DNA of 64,000 nt from Lysobacterales bacterium. Its GTDB lineage: Bacteria > Pseudomonadota > Gammaproteobacteria > Xanthomonadales > SZUA-38. The translations under genes and the position numbers were made by a program. Numbering within the stretch: the first letter of the stretch is position 1; each line of letters begins with the position of its first letter. This document shows positions 24,553 to 33,387 of this stretch, piece by piece. The stretch spans positions 129 through 64,128 of the forward strand of contig JAWVZU010000001.1 of the NCBI GenBank assembly GCA_033722075.1. Reading direction: 5' to 3'. Under the pieces are notes generated by a model. The model was not told where the DNA came from. It ran no database searches and saw only the letters and a program-made list of their open reading frames with translations.

Positions 24553-26583
24553 CTAGTTGAAGGTCGGCGATCCGGCTTCCGTCGCCGCTTTCACGCGCCG
24601 GATCAGCTGCTGAAAATCCACCTCGCGGGAATACCCGATCACGTCGATCCGCGGGATACCCGAGCCTTCGACGATGTAATAGCCCCCATCGGGCGCCGGG
24701 CGAACACCGGCCATGGAGCACACATTGTTGCGCAACCGGCAGGCGATCCCCAGCCGCTCGTAGCCGAAATCCTCGAAAAAGCGCAGAAAGGTGGAGGACA
24801 GCACCGCCGTCGGACCGCCACCGATCGACGTCAGGTTGTCGACTGCGCGCTGGCTGATGCGGTGGGTGGAGCGGTCGTTTTCGGGCGTCTTGAGCGTCAT
24901 GTCGAAGGCCACCGGCTGCCAGTCCAGCAGACGCAGGTTGCGCAGACCGCCCTCGACCCGCCCACGGATTTCACCGAAGGAAAATGCACCGGTCATCTGC
25001 CGCAGATCCAGGTTGGTCAGGATCAGGTCGCCGGCCAGCGTGGGCAGCACGCCGAAGAGTCGTTCCAGGCGGAGTTTTTCGAAGCGTACGGTGCCGTCGA
25101 AGACAGCAAGCTCAATCGCACCGCCGACCTCGACGATCTCGTCGCGCAGGCGGACCCGGGGAATCTCACCGGACAGGGTCCCGTTCAACGGCGGCCATTC
25201 CAGCGCCTCGGTCACCGGGCGCAGAGAGATCGGCTCGATGTCGGCCTCGAAGTCCAGGGTCATTTCGGCGCTGCCGTAGTCACTGAAAGCCAACGTTCGG
25301 ATCGTCGCAGCGCCATCGAAGATTCCCAGACGCAGCGGTTGCAGCAGCTGGAACTCGTTGGCGGCCAGGAAGAAGCGCGCTTCGCCCGGCGCGATTTCCA
25401 CCTGATAGATACCGGCGCGATCCCAGGCGAGGGCCGAGTCCGCGGAATCGCCTTCGGCACTGTAGTCCACCAGGCCATCGAGTGCTTCGAAAGCAAAACG
25501 CCCAGCACTGTCACGCACGTCGACCGAGCGAATATCGAGTGTCGCGTGCGCCAGTTCGGCGTCGGCCAACTCCATGCGTCCCCGCACCTTGCCGGCCAGG
25601 TCGAACCGACCGAGGCCGAGGGCCTGCACCAGATTGGCCAGATAGCGATCGTACACCTCCGGGAAAAGCAGGTGATCGAGTTCGACGGTCCAACGACCGG
25701 CAGCCAGGGACGACAGGTTGCCTTCGCCGGATAGGGAAAGGGAGAGCAACTCGCCATCGGTCAGCTCGGCCGACTCCACGGCCAGCACCTCCCCGGCCAG
25801 GTTGCCGGCCAGCTGGAGCCGGGGTCGGGCCTGGGCGAAATTCAGGTACAGGCTCCCGAAGAGTGCTTCCCCGCCGCTCGGCGCCAGGTCCACTTCGAAG
25901 GTGACAGCCTTGTCACCGATTTCACCGCTCGCCGAGAGGGTCAACCCCAGTTCGGCGCCGGCAACCGTCCCATCCGCGTTGTCGAAGCCAAGACCGGTCA
26001 GGGTCATTTCTGCAGTTGCGCTCGTGGTTTCAGATGATTCGGGCCGACGGATCGTGCCGTGTCCGCTGAGAGTTCCGCCATGGAGCGAATAGCCGTCAAG
26101 CAGGGGCGCAGCGAGCGACTCTACGGCCAGGTCGGAAAGCGTGTAGTCACCGGACAGCCCATCCTCGTCCAGGCTCGCACTGAAACTGACCTCCCCGCCG
26201 AAGAGCCCGCTCTGTCCCGACAGGCTGAGACGCTCTTCCTCAAACTCGTAGGTCCATCGGACCGTACCCTCCGTAGCGCCCCACGAAGCGTTGAACCGCA
26301 GCGTTCCCTCGCATCCCACCCGTTCTTCATCGAGGCGAAAGCGGGTGCACGCAAGAACCGGCTCACCAAAAACCCTTTCGCCTACTACGAGTTCCGCGGC
26401 GGTGGCCCGCGCACTGGTCGTTTCCGGGTTGAGGGACAGGTTGACTTCGACAGCCTTGCCGACGCCGGGCAGCTTCACCTCGGCTGCCGTGATCTCCAGA
26501 ACACCACCGGCATGGACCGGTTGCAGTATAGTCGTCAGACCCAGCAACCAGGCGGCACCCGCCGACGGCAATCGACATTTCAT
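24553..26583 (-). CDS. ydbH: YdbH-like AsmA-family intermembrane lipid-transport protein
   Basis: 676 aa with a signal/anchor MKCRLPSAGAAWLLGLTTIL. A long beta-rich repetitive body is followed by C-terminal STHRISQRAVDNLTSIGGG ... FGYERLGIACRLRNNVCSMAG, typical of the YdbH C-terminus. Confidence 0.8.
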   Translation of the reverse strand: MKCRLPSAGAAWLLGLTTILQPVHAGGVLEITAAEVKLPGVGKAVEVNLSLNPETTSARATAAELVVGERVFGEPVLACTRFRLDEERVGCEGTLRFNASWGATEGTVRWTYEFEEERLSLSGQSGLFGGEVSFSASLDEDGLSGDYTLSDLAVESLAAPLLDGYSLHGGTLSGHGTIRRPESSETTSATAEMTLTGLGFDNADGTVAGAELGLTLSASGEIGDKAVTFEVDLAPSGGEALFGSLYLNFAQARPRLQLAGNLAGEVLAVESAELTDGELLSLSLSGEGNLSSLAAGRWTVELDHLLFPEVYDRYLANLVQALGLGRFDLAGKVRGRMELADAELAHATLDIRSVDVRDSAGRFAFEALDGLVDYSAEGDSADSALAWDRAGIYQVEIAPGEARFFLAANEFQLLQPLRLGIFDGAATIRTLAFSDYGSAEMTLDFEADIEPISLRPVTEALEWPPLNGTLSGEIPRVRLRDEIVEVGGAIELAVFDGTVRFEKLRLERLFGVLPTLAGDLILTNLDLRQMTGAFSFGEIRGRVEGGLRNLRLLDWQPVAFDMTLKTPENDRSTHRISQRAVDNLTSIGGGPTAVLSSTFLRFFEDFGYERLGIACRLRNNVCSMAGVRPAPDGGYYIVEGSGIPRIDVIGYSREVDFQQLIRRVKAATEAGSPTFN

Positions 26584-27304
26584 GGCCTACCGCATCCTCA
26601 TTGCCGACGACAACCGGATCAACCGCGAATTCCTTGTTGGAGTACTGGCCGGCGAAGAGTATCAGATCGAGCAGGCGATGGAGGGCAGCGCGGCGATCGA
26701 GCTCTGCCGCAGGAACCGCTTCGACCTGGTGCTCATGGACATCCGGATGCCCGGTGTCGATGGCATCGAGGCCACCCGGGCGATCCGCAGCCTGCCCGGA
26801 CTGCAGGATCTGCCGATCGTCGCCTTGACTGCCGACGTCGCGCTTCAGCGGGATGCCATCAAAGACGAAGCCTTCGCAGCCACGCTGGTAAAACCCGTCT
26901 CCCGTCGCGAACTCCTCGAGACGCTCAACCGGCTCCTCGGCGCCACGCCTGCCGGAATCGAACTCCAGGAGAACCCGATCGCCATGGACGCCGCCCTGGC
27001 CGCCGCCGGCGGAAACAGGGAACTGGTGGGCCGACTGACCGCCATGCTGAGAAAAGAGTTGGACGATTTCGAACCTAAAATCTCCGCTGCGATCGATCGC
27101 GCGGATTGGCCGGCCGCCCGCGAACTGGTGCACAAATTGCGTGCGTCCGCGGGCTATTGCGGCGCCCGACCTCTCGCCACCGCCGCCGGGACGCTGGAGG
27201 AAGCTCTCGACAAGGGCGAAGGGGGGACGATCCGCGACCTCCAGGCACGATTGAAACGCGAGATGGCAATCCTGCGCACCCATCTCGACGAATCCACGGG
27301 CTGA
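26582..27304 (+). CDS. Response-regulator receiver fused to an Hpt phosphotransfer domain
   Basis: Start re-picked at MAYRILIADDN. It has the receiver motif DLVLMDIRMPGVDG and the Hpt motif HKLRASAGYCGA. No kinase gene is in the window. Confidence 0.85.
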   Translation: MAYRILIADDNRINREFLVGVLAGEEYQIEQAMEGSAAIELCRRNRFDLVLMDIRMPGVDGIEATRAIRSLPGLQDLPIVALTADVALQRDAIKDEAFAATLVKPVSRRELLETLNRLLGATPAGIELQENPIAMDAALAAAGGNRELVGRLTAMLRKELDDFEPKISAAIDRADWPAARELVHKLRASAGYCGARPLATAAGTLEEALDKGEGGTIRDLQARLKREMAILRTHLDESTG

Positions 27305-27310
27305 TCCAGC

Positions 27311-28192
27311 ATGGGCTTGGGTGAGTGGCTGTCGCTGGGCAGCGCCGTGGTCTGGGCGATCGCCGTGGTCATGTTCAAGCGCAGCGGCGAGACCTTCTCT
27401 CCGACCGCGCTGAACCTGCTGAAGAACATCATCGCGGCCGTCTTGCTGGCTGCGACCCTGCCCATCGTCTACGGCCTGACGTTTCCGACATTTTCGGCAA
27501 CCGAATGGTGGATCATGGTGGCCAGCGGCCTGCTCGGCATCGCCGCAGCCGACAATCTGTATTTTGCCGCCCTGCGGAGATTGGGTGCGAGCCGGACCGG
27601 CATCGCGAGCAGCCTGTTCAGCCCGTCGGTCATCGTCCTGTCCTACTTTCTTCTCGGCGAGCGTCTCGTGGCCCAGCAGATCGCCGGTTTTCTGCTGGTG
27701 GTCGCCGCGGTGATCCTGGTGAGCTACCGCAAGGATCGAAAGGACATCGCTGCCGAGGAACTGCGCCAGGGTACGCTGCTGGCGGTCACCGCCGTATTCC
27801 TGATGGCGCTCGGGATCGTGATCGTCAAACCGGTCCTGGAGTTGCATCCCTTCCTCTGGATCGTCGAGATCCGGGTCGTGGTCGGGATCATCGGCATCGT
27901 CCTGGTCGGCTATGCGCGGGATCGACTGCACGGTCTCCGCCTGCAGCTGCGACTGAAGCACAACTGGTGGCTTGCCGGCGGCGCCAGCTTCTTCGGCAGC
28001 TACCTGGCCATGATCCTGTGGCTTGGCGGCTACAAGTACACCCAGGCATCGGTCGCTTCCGTACTCAACGAAACCGCCGCGATCTTCATCGTTGTCCTGG
28101 CCTGGATCTTCCTCGGCGAGTCGCTGAACGCACGCAAGACCTGCGGCGTCCTGCTGAGCTTTGCCGGCGTCCTGCTGATGGTCAGCGCCTGA
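27311..28192 (+). CDS. EamA/DMT-superfamily transporter
   Basis: 293 aa with about 10 TM segments in two EamA-like halves. Confidence 0.8.
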   Translation: MGLGEWLSLGSAVVWAIAVVMFKRSGETFSPTALNLLKNIIAAVLLAATLPIVYGLTFPTFSATEWWIMVASGLLGIAAADNLYFAALRRLGASRTGIASSLFSPSVIVLSYFLLGERLVAQQIAGFLLVVAAVILVSYRKDRKDIAAEELRQGTLLAVTAVFLMALGIVIVKPVLELHPFLWIVEIRVVVGIIGIVLVGYARDRLHGLRLQLRLKHNWWLAGGASFFGSYLAMILWLGGYKYTQASVASVLNETAAIFIVVLAWIFLGESLNARKTCGVLLSFAGVLLMVSA

Positions 28193-29174
28193 TGTAGCCG
28201 CTTTTCACAAACCACTCGAAGGTCCGAGCAAGTATTTGCTCGAGGCCGAGCGCCGCTTCGAAACCCAACTCGTCCCTGGCCTTGGCCCCGGAAAGGTGCT
28301 GCCCCCCGGCCATGACCGCGAGGGCCGTGTCGTCGAGCTTGGGCGGCCTGCCCCCGAGCTTGTGGCGAAGGGCCTGGAAACGAGCCAGCCAGCGAGCGAC
28401 CGGCAAGGGGACTTTCCGCGGCGGCGGGATTTCCGCAAGCCGTGCGACGGCGGCAACGACCCGGCTCATGGTGGTGTTCTCGCCGGTCAGAAGATAGCGC
28501 TCACCCACGCGGCCCCGCGCCAGCACGGCTAGCAGACCGCGCCCCGCATCACCCGCGTAAATCACGTTGCGGCTGCCGTCCACATAGGCGGGAATCGTCC
28601 GGTTGGCCACTTCCGTGATGATCCGCCCCGTTGTCGGGCCGAAGTCGTATTCGCCGAAGGTCATCGCCGGGATCCCGATCATGACCGGCAGGCCGTCCGC
28701 CGCTGCTTCCCGCGCCAGGCGGTCCATGATCCACTTGGCCTGGATGTAACCATTGCGCTGTGGCGGCGGACCGTCGCCCCAATCACTGTCTTCGCGGCCT
28801 AGGGACCCATCGGCTGGCCGGCGCAGGACGATCGAGCCGCCGACATACACGATGCGCCCGACCCGGGCCTTTGCACAGGCTTCGAGAAAGCCCGTCATCT
28901 CCTTTCTGGCCCGATCACGATGCGTCGACCAGGGCGCGGCATCGCGTGGATAGTAGGCGGCGGCGTGAACCACCGCATCGGCACCGGACAACGCTTCGAC
29001 CAGCGAAGCCGGATCATCCAGATCACCGACAGCCGCTTCGAATTCGAGATCGGCGATCCGGTCCAGCTTCGAACCGGCCCGATGGACGACCCGCAAATCA
29101 TGCCCTTCACCGAGCGCAGCCAGGACGACGTGGTGTCCCAACATGCCCGTTGCGCCAATAACCGCGAGTCTCAT
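28182..29174 (-). CDS. NAD-dependent epimerase/dehydratase (extended SDR) family protein
   Basis: Start re-picked at MRLAVIGATGMLGHHV (Rossmann GxxGxxG). The length of 330 aa fits. Confidence 0.8.
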   Translation of the reverse strand: MRLAVIGATGMLGHHVVLAALGEGHDLRVVHRAGSKLDRIADLEFEAAVGDLDDPASLVEALSGADAVVHAAAYYPRDAAPWSTHRDRARKEMTGFLEACAKARVGRIVYVGGSIVLRRPADGSLGREDSDWGDGPPPQRNGYIQAKWIMDRLAREAAADGLPVMIGIPAMTFGEYDFGPTTGRIITEVANRTIPAYVDGSRNVIYAGDAGRGLLAVLARGRVGERYLLTGENTTMSRVVAAVARLAEIPPPRKVPLPVARWLARFQALRHKLGGRPPKLDDTALAVMAGGQHLSGAKARDELGFEAALGLEQILARTFEWFVKSGYIRR

Positions 29175-29182
29175 GCGTCTCC

Positions 29183-30310
29183 CTATTTCTTGCTGACCAC
29201 GACCTTGTTCCGCCCACCCCGCTTGGCACTGTAGAGCGCCTTGTCGGCCGCTTCGATCACCGCATCCGGCGGCTGCCCACTGCTGTTGTCGGCCAGACCG
29301 ATGCTGACGGTCACGTTGAGGCTGGGGACTTTTTCCCGGTACCGGTCCTTCTTGAGGGGTTTGTGATCGGGCCGGATCGGGGCGCGGAAGGCCATGGGCG
29401 GCACTTCCACGGCCGCCCGGACCTCCTCGCACACATCAGCCGCGTTGCGGGTTCTTTCAGCGCCGAGAAACAACAGGCAGAACTCCTCGCCGCCATAGCG
29501 GAATGCCTTGAACCGTCCGACTCGCCTGACGCGCGATGCCACCATGCGCAGCACCTGGTCTCCGAAATCGTGTCCGAAGCGATCGTTGATCCGCTTGAAA
29601 TGGTCGATGTCCAGCATCGCAATGGCGAATTGGCGCGGCATGGAAGACAGGGTCAGATCCAGGGAGCGTCGATTTGGCAGTCCCGTCAGGGCATCGACGA
29701 ACGCCATCCGGTGAGTGGTATAGATCACGCCCAGAAAGAGCACCCCGGCGGCCCCCGCGACGACTACGGTCAGCATGCTCGGCCGCATGACGCCGACCAG
29801 CAGCACGGTGGCCATCAGGGACATCGCCAGCTCGGTCGACCGATCCGACATCTGCCAGCGCAGGAAGAAGGAGATCGATGCCAGAACCGTCACCAGGGGT
29901 TCGACCGGAATGATCCAGCTCGCGAACCGCTCCGGGACCCAGCGCTGGAGAAGGGTATTGATGCCGGCTGCCCCGTCCCAGACGCCGGGTTCGAACCACA
30001 GGGGCAAAACCAGCTCCAGGGTCAGCAGAAAAACGACCGCCGCCGTCACCAGCGAAGGCAGACGGGCCATCGGCAACCAGGAGAGCAGCAACAGGTTCCA
30101 GGGCAACCAGGCCAACGCGGTTGCGCCGAGATCGTGGCTGAGCGGCCAACCAGCGGCCTTCGCCACCTCCCGCGCCGCCAGGCCGGCCACCAGGAAGATC
30201 AGCCAGATGAAGCCGTAGGCTGCCCGGAACCGCTTGAACCACGCAGCGTAAATCAGGCCGAAGGCAAGAAAGAACAGGAGTCCCAAGCCATTTTCCAGCC
30301 CGATACTCAC
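29183..30310 (-). CDS. Membrane-anchored diguanylate cyclase (GGDEF)
   Basis: 375 aa. An N-terminal half of about six TM segments is followed by DIDHFKRINDRFGHDFGD and RYGGEEF (GGEEF active site). Confidence 0.9.
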   Translation of the reverse strand: MSIGLENGLGLLFFLAFGLIYAAWFKRFRAAYGFIWLIFLVAGLAAREVAKAAGWPLSHDLGATALAWLPWNLLLLSWLPMARLPSLVTAAVVFLLTLELVLPLWFEPGVWDGAAGINTLLQRWVPERFASWIIPVEPLVTVLASISFFLRWQMSDRSTELAMSLMATVLLVGVMRPSMLTVVVAGAAGVLFLGVIYTTHRMAFVDALTGLPNRRSLDLTLSSMPRQFAIAMLDIDHFKRINDRFGHDFGDQVLRMVASRVRRVGRFKAFRYGGEEFCLLFLGAERTRNAADVCEEVRAAVEVPPMAFRAPIRPDHKPLKKDRYREKVPSLNVTVSIGLADNSSGQPPDAVIEAADKALYSAKRGGRNKVVVSKK

Positions 30311-30349
30311 GCTGTCGCACTCTCCCCAGCTGGCCCCAGGTCGCTATTG

Positions 30350-30364
30350 TGGCAATTTTCCTGC
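30350..30364 (+). promoter_or_regulatory. Sigma-54-type -24/-12 promoter-like box
   Basis: TGGCAAttttcCTGCT. GG is at 30351-30352 and GC at 30363-30364, which is exactly the GG-N10-GC spacing of the TGGCAC-N5-TTGCW consensus. It points away from the GGDEF gene, into a region with no credible CDS. Confidence 0.4.
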
Positions 30365-30463
30365 TGAAATTCCCGCCGGTTCCGGGCCCCGGACTGCCAA
30401 ACGCATCACAGTTGCCGTATTCATTCCCGGGTAGTCTGACAGGTGCATGTGGGGAGCAGAGCT

Positions 30464-30492
30464 GCCGGGTCGTTCGCGGCCCGGCCTTTTTT
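30464..30492 (+). terminator. Intrinsic terminator oriented on the + strand (orphan)
   Basis: gccgggtcg-ttcg-cggcccggc gives a 9-bp GC-rich stem (one G-U pair) with a UUCG tetraloop. It is followed by c + tttttt (30487-30492). On the minus strand there is no U tract after the hairpin. Confidence 0.7.
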
Positions 30493-30520
30493 ATCTTTCC
30501 CTTGACGCGTCAGTCGAAAG

Positions 30521-31921
30521 TCAACGAGCAATCTGATAGCAGGGCTCGTAGACGCTACCGGGCAGCTTCATGCGCTGCTGCTGCACGAACGAAGCCAGTA
30601 GCTGGTCGAGTTTGGAGAGCAACTCCGGATCGCCGTGGATGCGGTACTTCCCATGCTTGGCGATCGCTTCCATCCCCTCGTCTTTCACGTTTCCCGCCAC
30701 GATCCCCGAAAACGCGCGCCGCAGGTCCGCGGCCAGATCGTGGGCATCCGCCTCATGGGTGAGATCGAGCGCCGCCATGTTCTCATGGGTTGGCCGAAAC
30801 GGGATCTGGAAAGCATGTCTGACATGGAGACCCCAGTTGAAGAAGAACGCGTCTTTCGTCTCGATACGGTAGCGCTTGACCTCCTCGACTCCGCTCGCCA
30901 GGGACTGGGCAACGGCCTCCGGATCACCGACGATGATCTGATAGCGAGACTGGGCCTCCTCCCCGAGAGTCGCGCCGATGAATTCATCGATCCGGGAAAA
31001 GTAATCGGCGCTTTCCTTCGGTGCGGTGAAGATCAGCGGCACCGGCACATCCCGATTGGCGGGATCGAGCAGGATGCCGAGCAGGTACAGGATTTCCTCC
31101 GCCGTCCCCACACCGCCGGGAAAGACGATGACTCCGTGGGCAATCCGGACGAACGCCTCGAGACGTTTTTCGATGTCCGGCATGATGACCAGCTGGTTGA
31201 CGATCGGATTGGGCGACTCGGCAGCAATGATGCCGGGCTCTGAAACGCCGATATAGCGGCCTTGCCAGCGACGCTGCTTGTAGTGGGCAATCGTCGCACC
31301 TTTCATCGGTCCCTTCATCGCGCCGGGCCCGCACCCGGTGCAGATATCGAGACCGCGCAGGCCAAGCTGGTAGCCCACGTCCTTGGTGTAGTCGTACTCG
31401 CTGCGGGCAATCGAATGGCCACCCCAGCAGACGATCAGATTGGGGTCTATCCCGGTCTGGAGGATTCCCGCGTGGCGCAGAATCGAGAAGACCGCATCGG
31501 TGATCCCGGCGGGATCGTCGAGTGCGAACTTGCCTTCCCGAATCTGGGTACTGACATAGACGACATCCCGCAGTACGGCGAAGAGCAGTTCGCGGATTCC
31601 CTCGATCAGTTTGCCGTCGACGAACGCCGATGCCGGCGCATTGACCAGCTCCAGCTTGATGCCGCGGTCCTGCTGAACCACGCGAACGTCGAAATCCGAA
31701 TGCTGTGCGAGCATGGCATGCGGGTCATCCTGCAGGGCGCCGGAGTTGACGACCGCAAGACAGCAACGGCGAAACAGGTCGTACAGGCCGCCGTGACCGG
31801 ATTCCTTCAGCCGCGCGACCTCCTGCTGCGACAGGACGTCCATGCCTTCCGTGGGGACGATGCGTGCCACCTTGGGCGCCGACGTATTCTTACCGACCTT
31901 GTTCAACATTCCATTGCTCAT
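30521..31921 (-). CDS. ppnN: Pyrimidine/purine nucleotide 5'-monophosphate nucleosidase (LOG-family, PpnN/YgdH-like)
   Basis: 466 aa. VCWGGHS, GCGPGAMKGP and FPGGVGTAEEILY are LOG/PpnN core motifs. The length matches PpnN. Confidence 0.85.
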   Translation of the reverse strand: MSNGMLNKVGKNTSAPKVARIVPTEGMDVLSQQEVARLKESGHGGLYDLFRRCCLAVVNSGALQDDPHAMLAQHSDFDVRVVQQDRGIKLELVNAPASAFVDGKLIEGIRELLFAVLRDVVYVSTQIREGKFALDDPAGITDAVFSILRHAGILQTGIDPNLIVCWGGHSIARSEYDYTKDVGYQLGLRGLDICTGCGPGAMKGPMKGATIAHYKQRRWQGRYIGVSEPGIIAAESPNPIVNQLVIMPDIEKRLEAFVRIAHGVIVFPGGVGTAEEILYLLGILLDPANRDVPVPLIFTAPKESADYFSRIDEFIGATLGEEAQSRYQIIVGDPEAVAQSLASGVEEVKRYRIETKDAFFFNWGLHVRHAFQIPFRPTHENMAALDLTHEADAHDLAADLRRAFSGIVAGNVKDEGMEAIAKHGKYRIHGDPELLSKLDQLLASFVQQQRMKLPGSVYEPCYQIAR

Positions 31922-33289
31922 TCACAGTCCATCTGGCAGAAACGTGTCCTGCCGTCTTCCCGCCGCCCGCCTGCGCGCCCGGGCAAGGCGCCGATTTCTG
32001 GCGCGCACGAAAAACGTGACCGCGACGGCGATGAGGGCAATCGCCCCCAGCAGATAGGGCAGCCATGCCCGGTCCTGCGACTCTGCCTGCGGTGGCTGAT
32101 CGACCGGCGCATCCAGCCCCGGCCTCAGATCCGGCTCCGCCTGCGAGGCGGTGTCCGCCGGGGTGATTCCCGGCTCGGCGGCGGCCCGGGCCTGATCCGC
32201 CGCCTCTGCCTCGCGCAGTTCCATCAAGCGCTGCAGGTCGCCGATGCGCTGCTCCAGCGTCGCTATGCGCTCTCTGAGATTTTCGTTTTGCTGCCGATAG
32301 GTTTCAATCTCGGTCCGCGCATAGGCGAGGTCCCGGTCGACCGTCTCCTGCTGCGCCGCGAGGGTCAGCGCATCGGCATCCAGCCAGTCCGCAAGGGATT
32401 GGGCGATCTCTTCCGGCCCCGGGGGCGCCCGGAGCCTCACCCTGTCAGCTTCGCTCGCCCGCCCTGGAGCGGTGATCGGTTTTTCCACCGGCGGTGGAAT
32501 CTCCGGCAACCTGGCCAGGTCGTTCTCGTTCCGCGCAAGCTGCTGCGGCACGGTCATCGTGACGCCTGCGAGCAGCCGATTCCGGTTGCCGTTCACAAAT
32601 GCATCCGGGTTGGCATTGAACAGAAGGTCAGCCACCTCATCGAGGGACCGCTCACCGGTATAACGCCGGGAAATCCCGTACAGCGTGTCACCGCGACGGA
32701 CCCGATAGCTGGTTCCCGTCGGCTCCTCGGCCGCGGGTGCGGGCGTCTCTTCGACGGGGGCCGGAAGGGTCGGCATTACATCCGTGCGGGCGGGACGCCG
32801 CGCAACCGGGGGTTCAGGCTCGACCTGGGGCTCCTGTTCGGGCATCTCGATCGCGCTCGGGAAATCCAGCAGGACCGGATAGTGCCGGCTCTGAACACCG
32901 CCCGGCTCTGCCATCACGACCACCAGATCGAGCACCAGGTCCTCGATCGGCAAGCGGCTGCTCATCGCCACCCGCCAGACGCCCTGCTCCAAACGCGGCT
33001 CCGCAAGAATGATCCAGTCGGCGGCCGCCGGTCGCGGCAACTGCAGCCGTCCATAGTCCGTCGCATCGCCGATGCCGAAGGTGTGATCCCGCAGATCCTC
33101 GCCGGGTTCACGACTGACGACCAGGTCAGCAGCAAAAGTTTCACCAAGATAGGAGCGGACATCCAGATCTCCCAGCCGGGCGGCGCTGCCCAAGGCTGGA
33201 AGCAGGAGGACGAGGCTGAGGAAAATGCTACGCAAGATAATGGAAATCGGGGTATTGAGGACTCGCGAAGTGTACCTTAACCCGGACAT
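31922..33289 (-). CDS. Short FimV/HubP-like LysM protein, C-terminally membrane anchored (paralog A)
   Basis: Signal peptide, then LGDLDVRSYLGETFAADLVV (FimV N-terminal motif), HYPVLLDF, LysM YRVRRGDTLYGISRRY, LFNANPDAFVNGNRNRLLAGVTMTVP, a coiled coil, a TM segment and a basic tail ending TFLPDGL. The start is uncertain (33289 or 33328). Confidence 0.8.
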   Translation of the reverse strand: MSGLRYTSRVLNTPISIILRSIFLSLVLLLPALGSAARLGDLDVRSYLGETFAADLVVSREPGEDLRDHTFGIGDATDYGRLQLPRPAAADWIILAEPRLEQGVWRVAMSSRLPIEDLVLDLVVVMAEPGGVQSRHYPVLLDFPSAIEMPEQEPQVEPEPPVARRPARTDVMPTLPAPVEETPAPAAEEPTGTSYRVRRGDTLYGISRRYTGERSLDEVADLLFNANPDAFVNGNRNRLLAGVTMTVPQQLARNENDLARLPEIPPPVEKPITAPGRASEADRVRLRAPPGPEEIAQSLADWLDADALTLAAQQETVDRDLAYARTEIETYRQQNENLRERIATLEQRIGDLQRLMELREAEAADQARAAAEPGITPADTASQAEPDLRPGLDAPVDQPPQAESQDRAWLPYLLGAIALIAVAVTFFVRARNRRLARARRRAAGRRQDTFLPDGL

Positions 33290-33387
33290 TGCACAAGTTG
33301 CGCTTGCCCATCGGCGCAATGCCTGCATGCAGGTCCAAAACAGAATAGAATTAGCTATAAAATACCTGGAACGGGGGACGGTTCAGG

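Noticed and set aside
30349-30762. 137-aa + strand ORF starting in the GGDEF-ppnN spacer
   Set aside because: It reads through an intrinsic terminator and then runs antisense to ppnN, with an Arg/Pro/Ala-rich composition. I treat the region as non-coding (candidate sRNA).
31262-33280. 672-aa ORF on the + strand
   Set aside because: Antisense to ppnN and FimV-like paralog A, both of which have strong motif support. It is low-complexity and Arg/Pro-rich.
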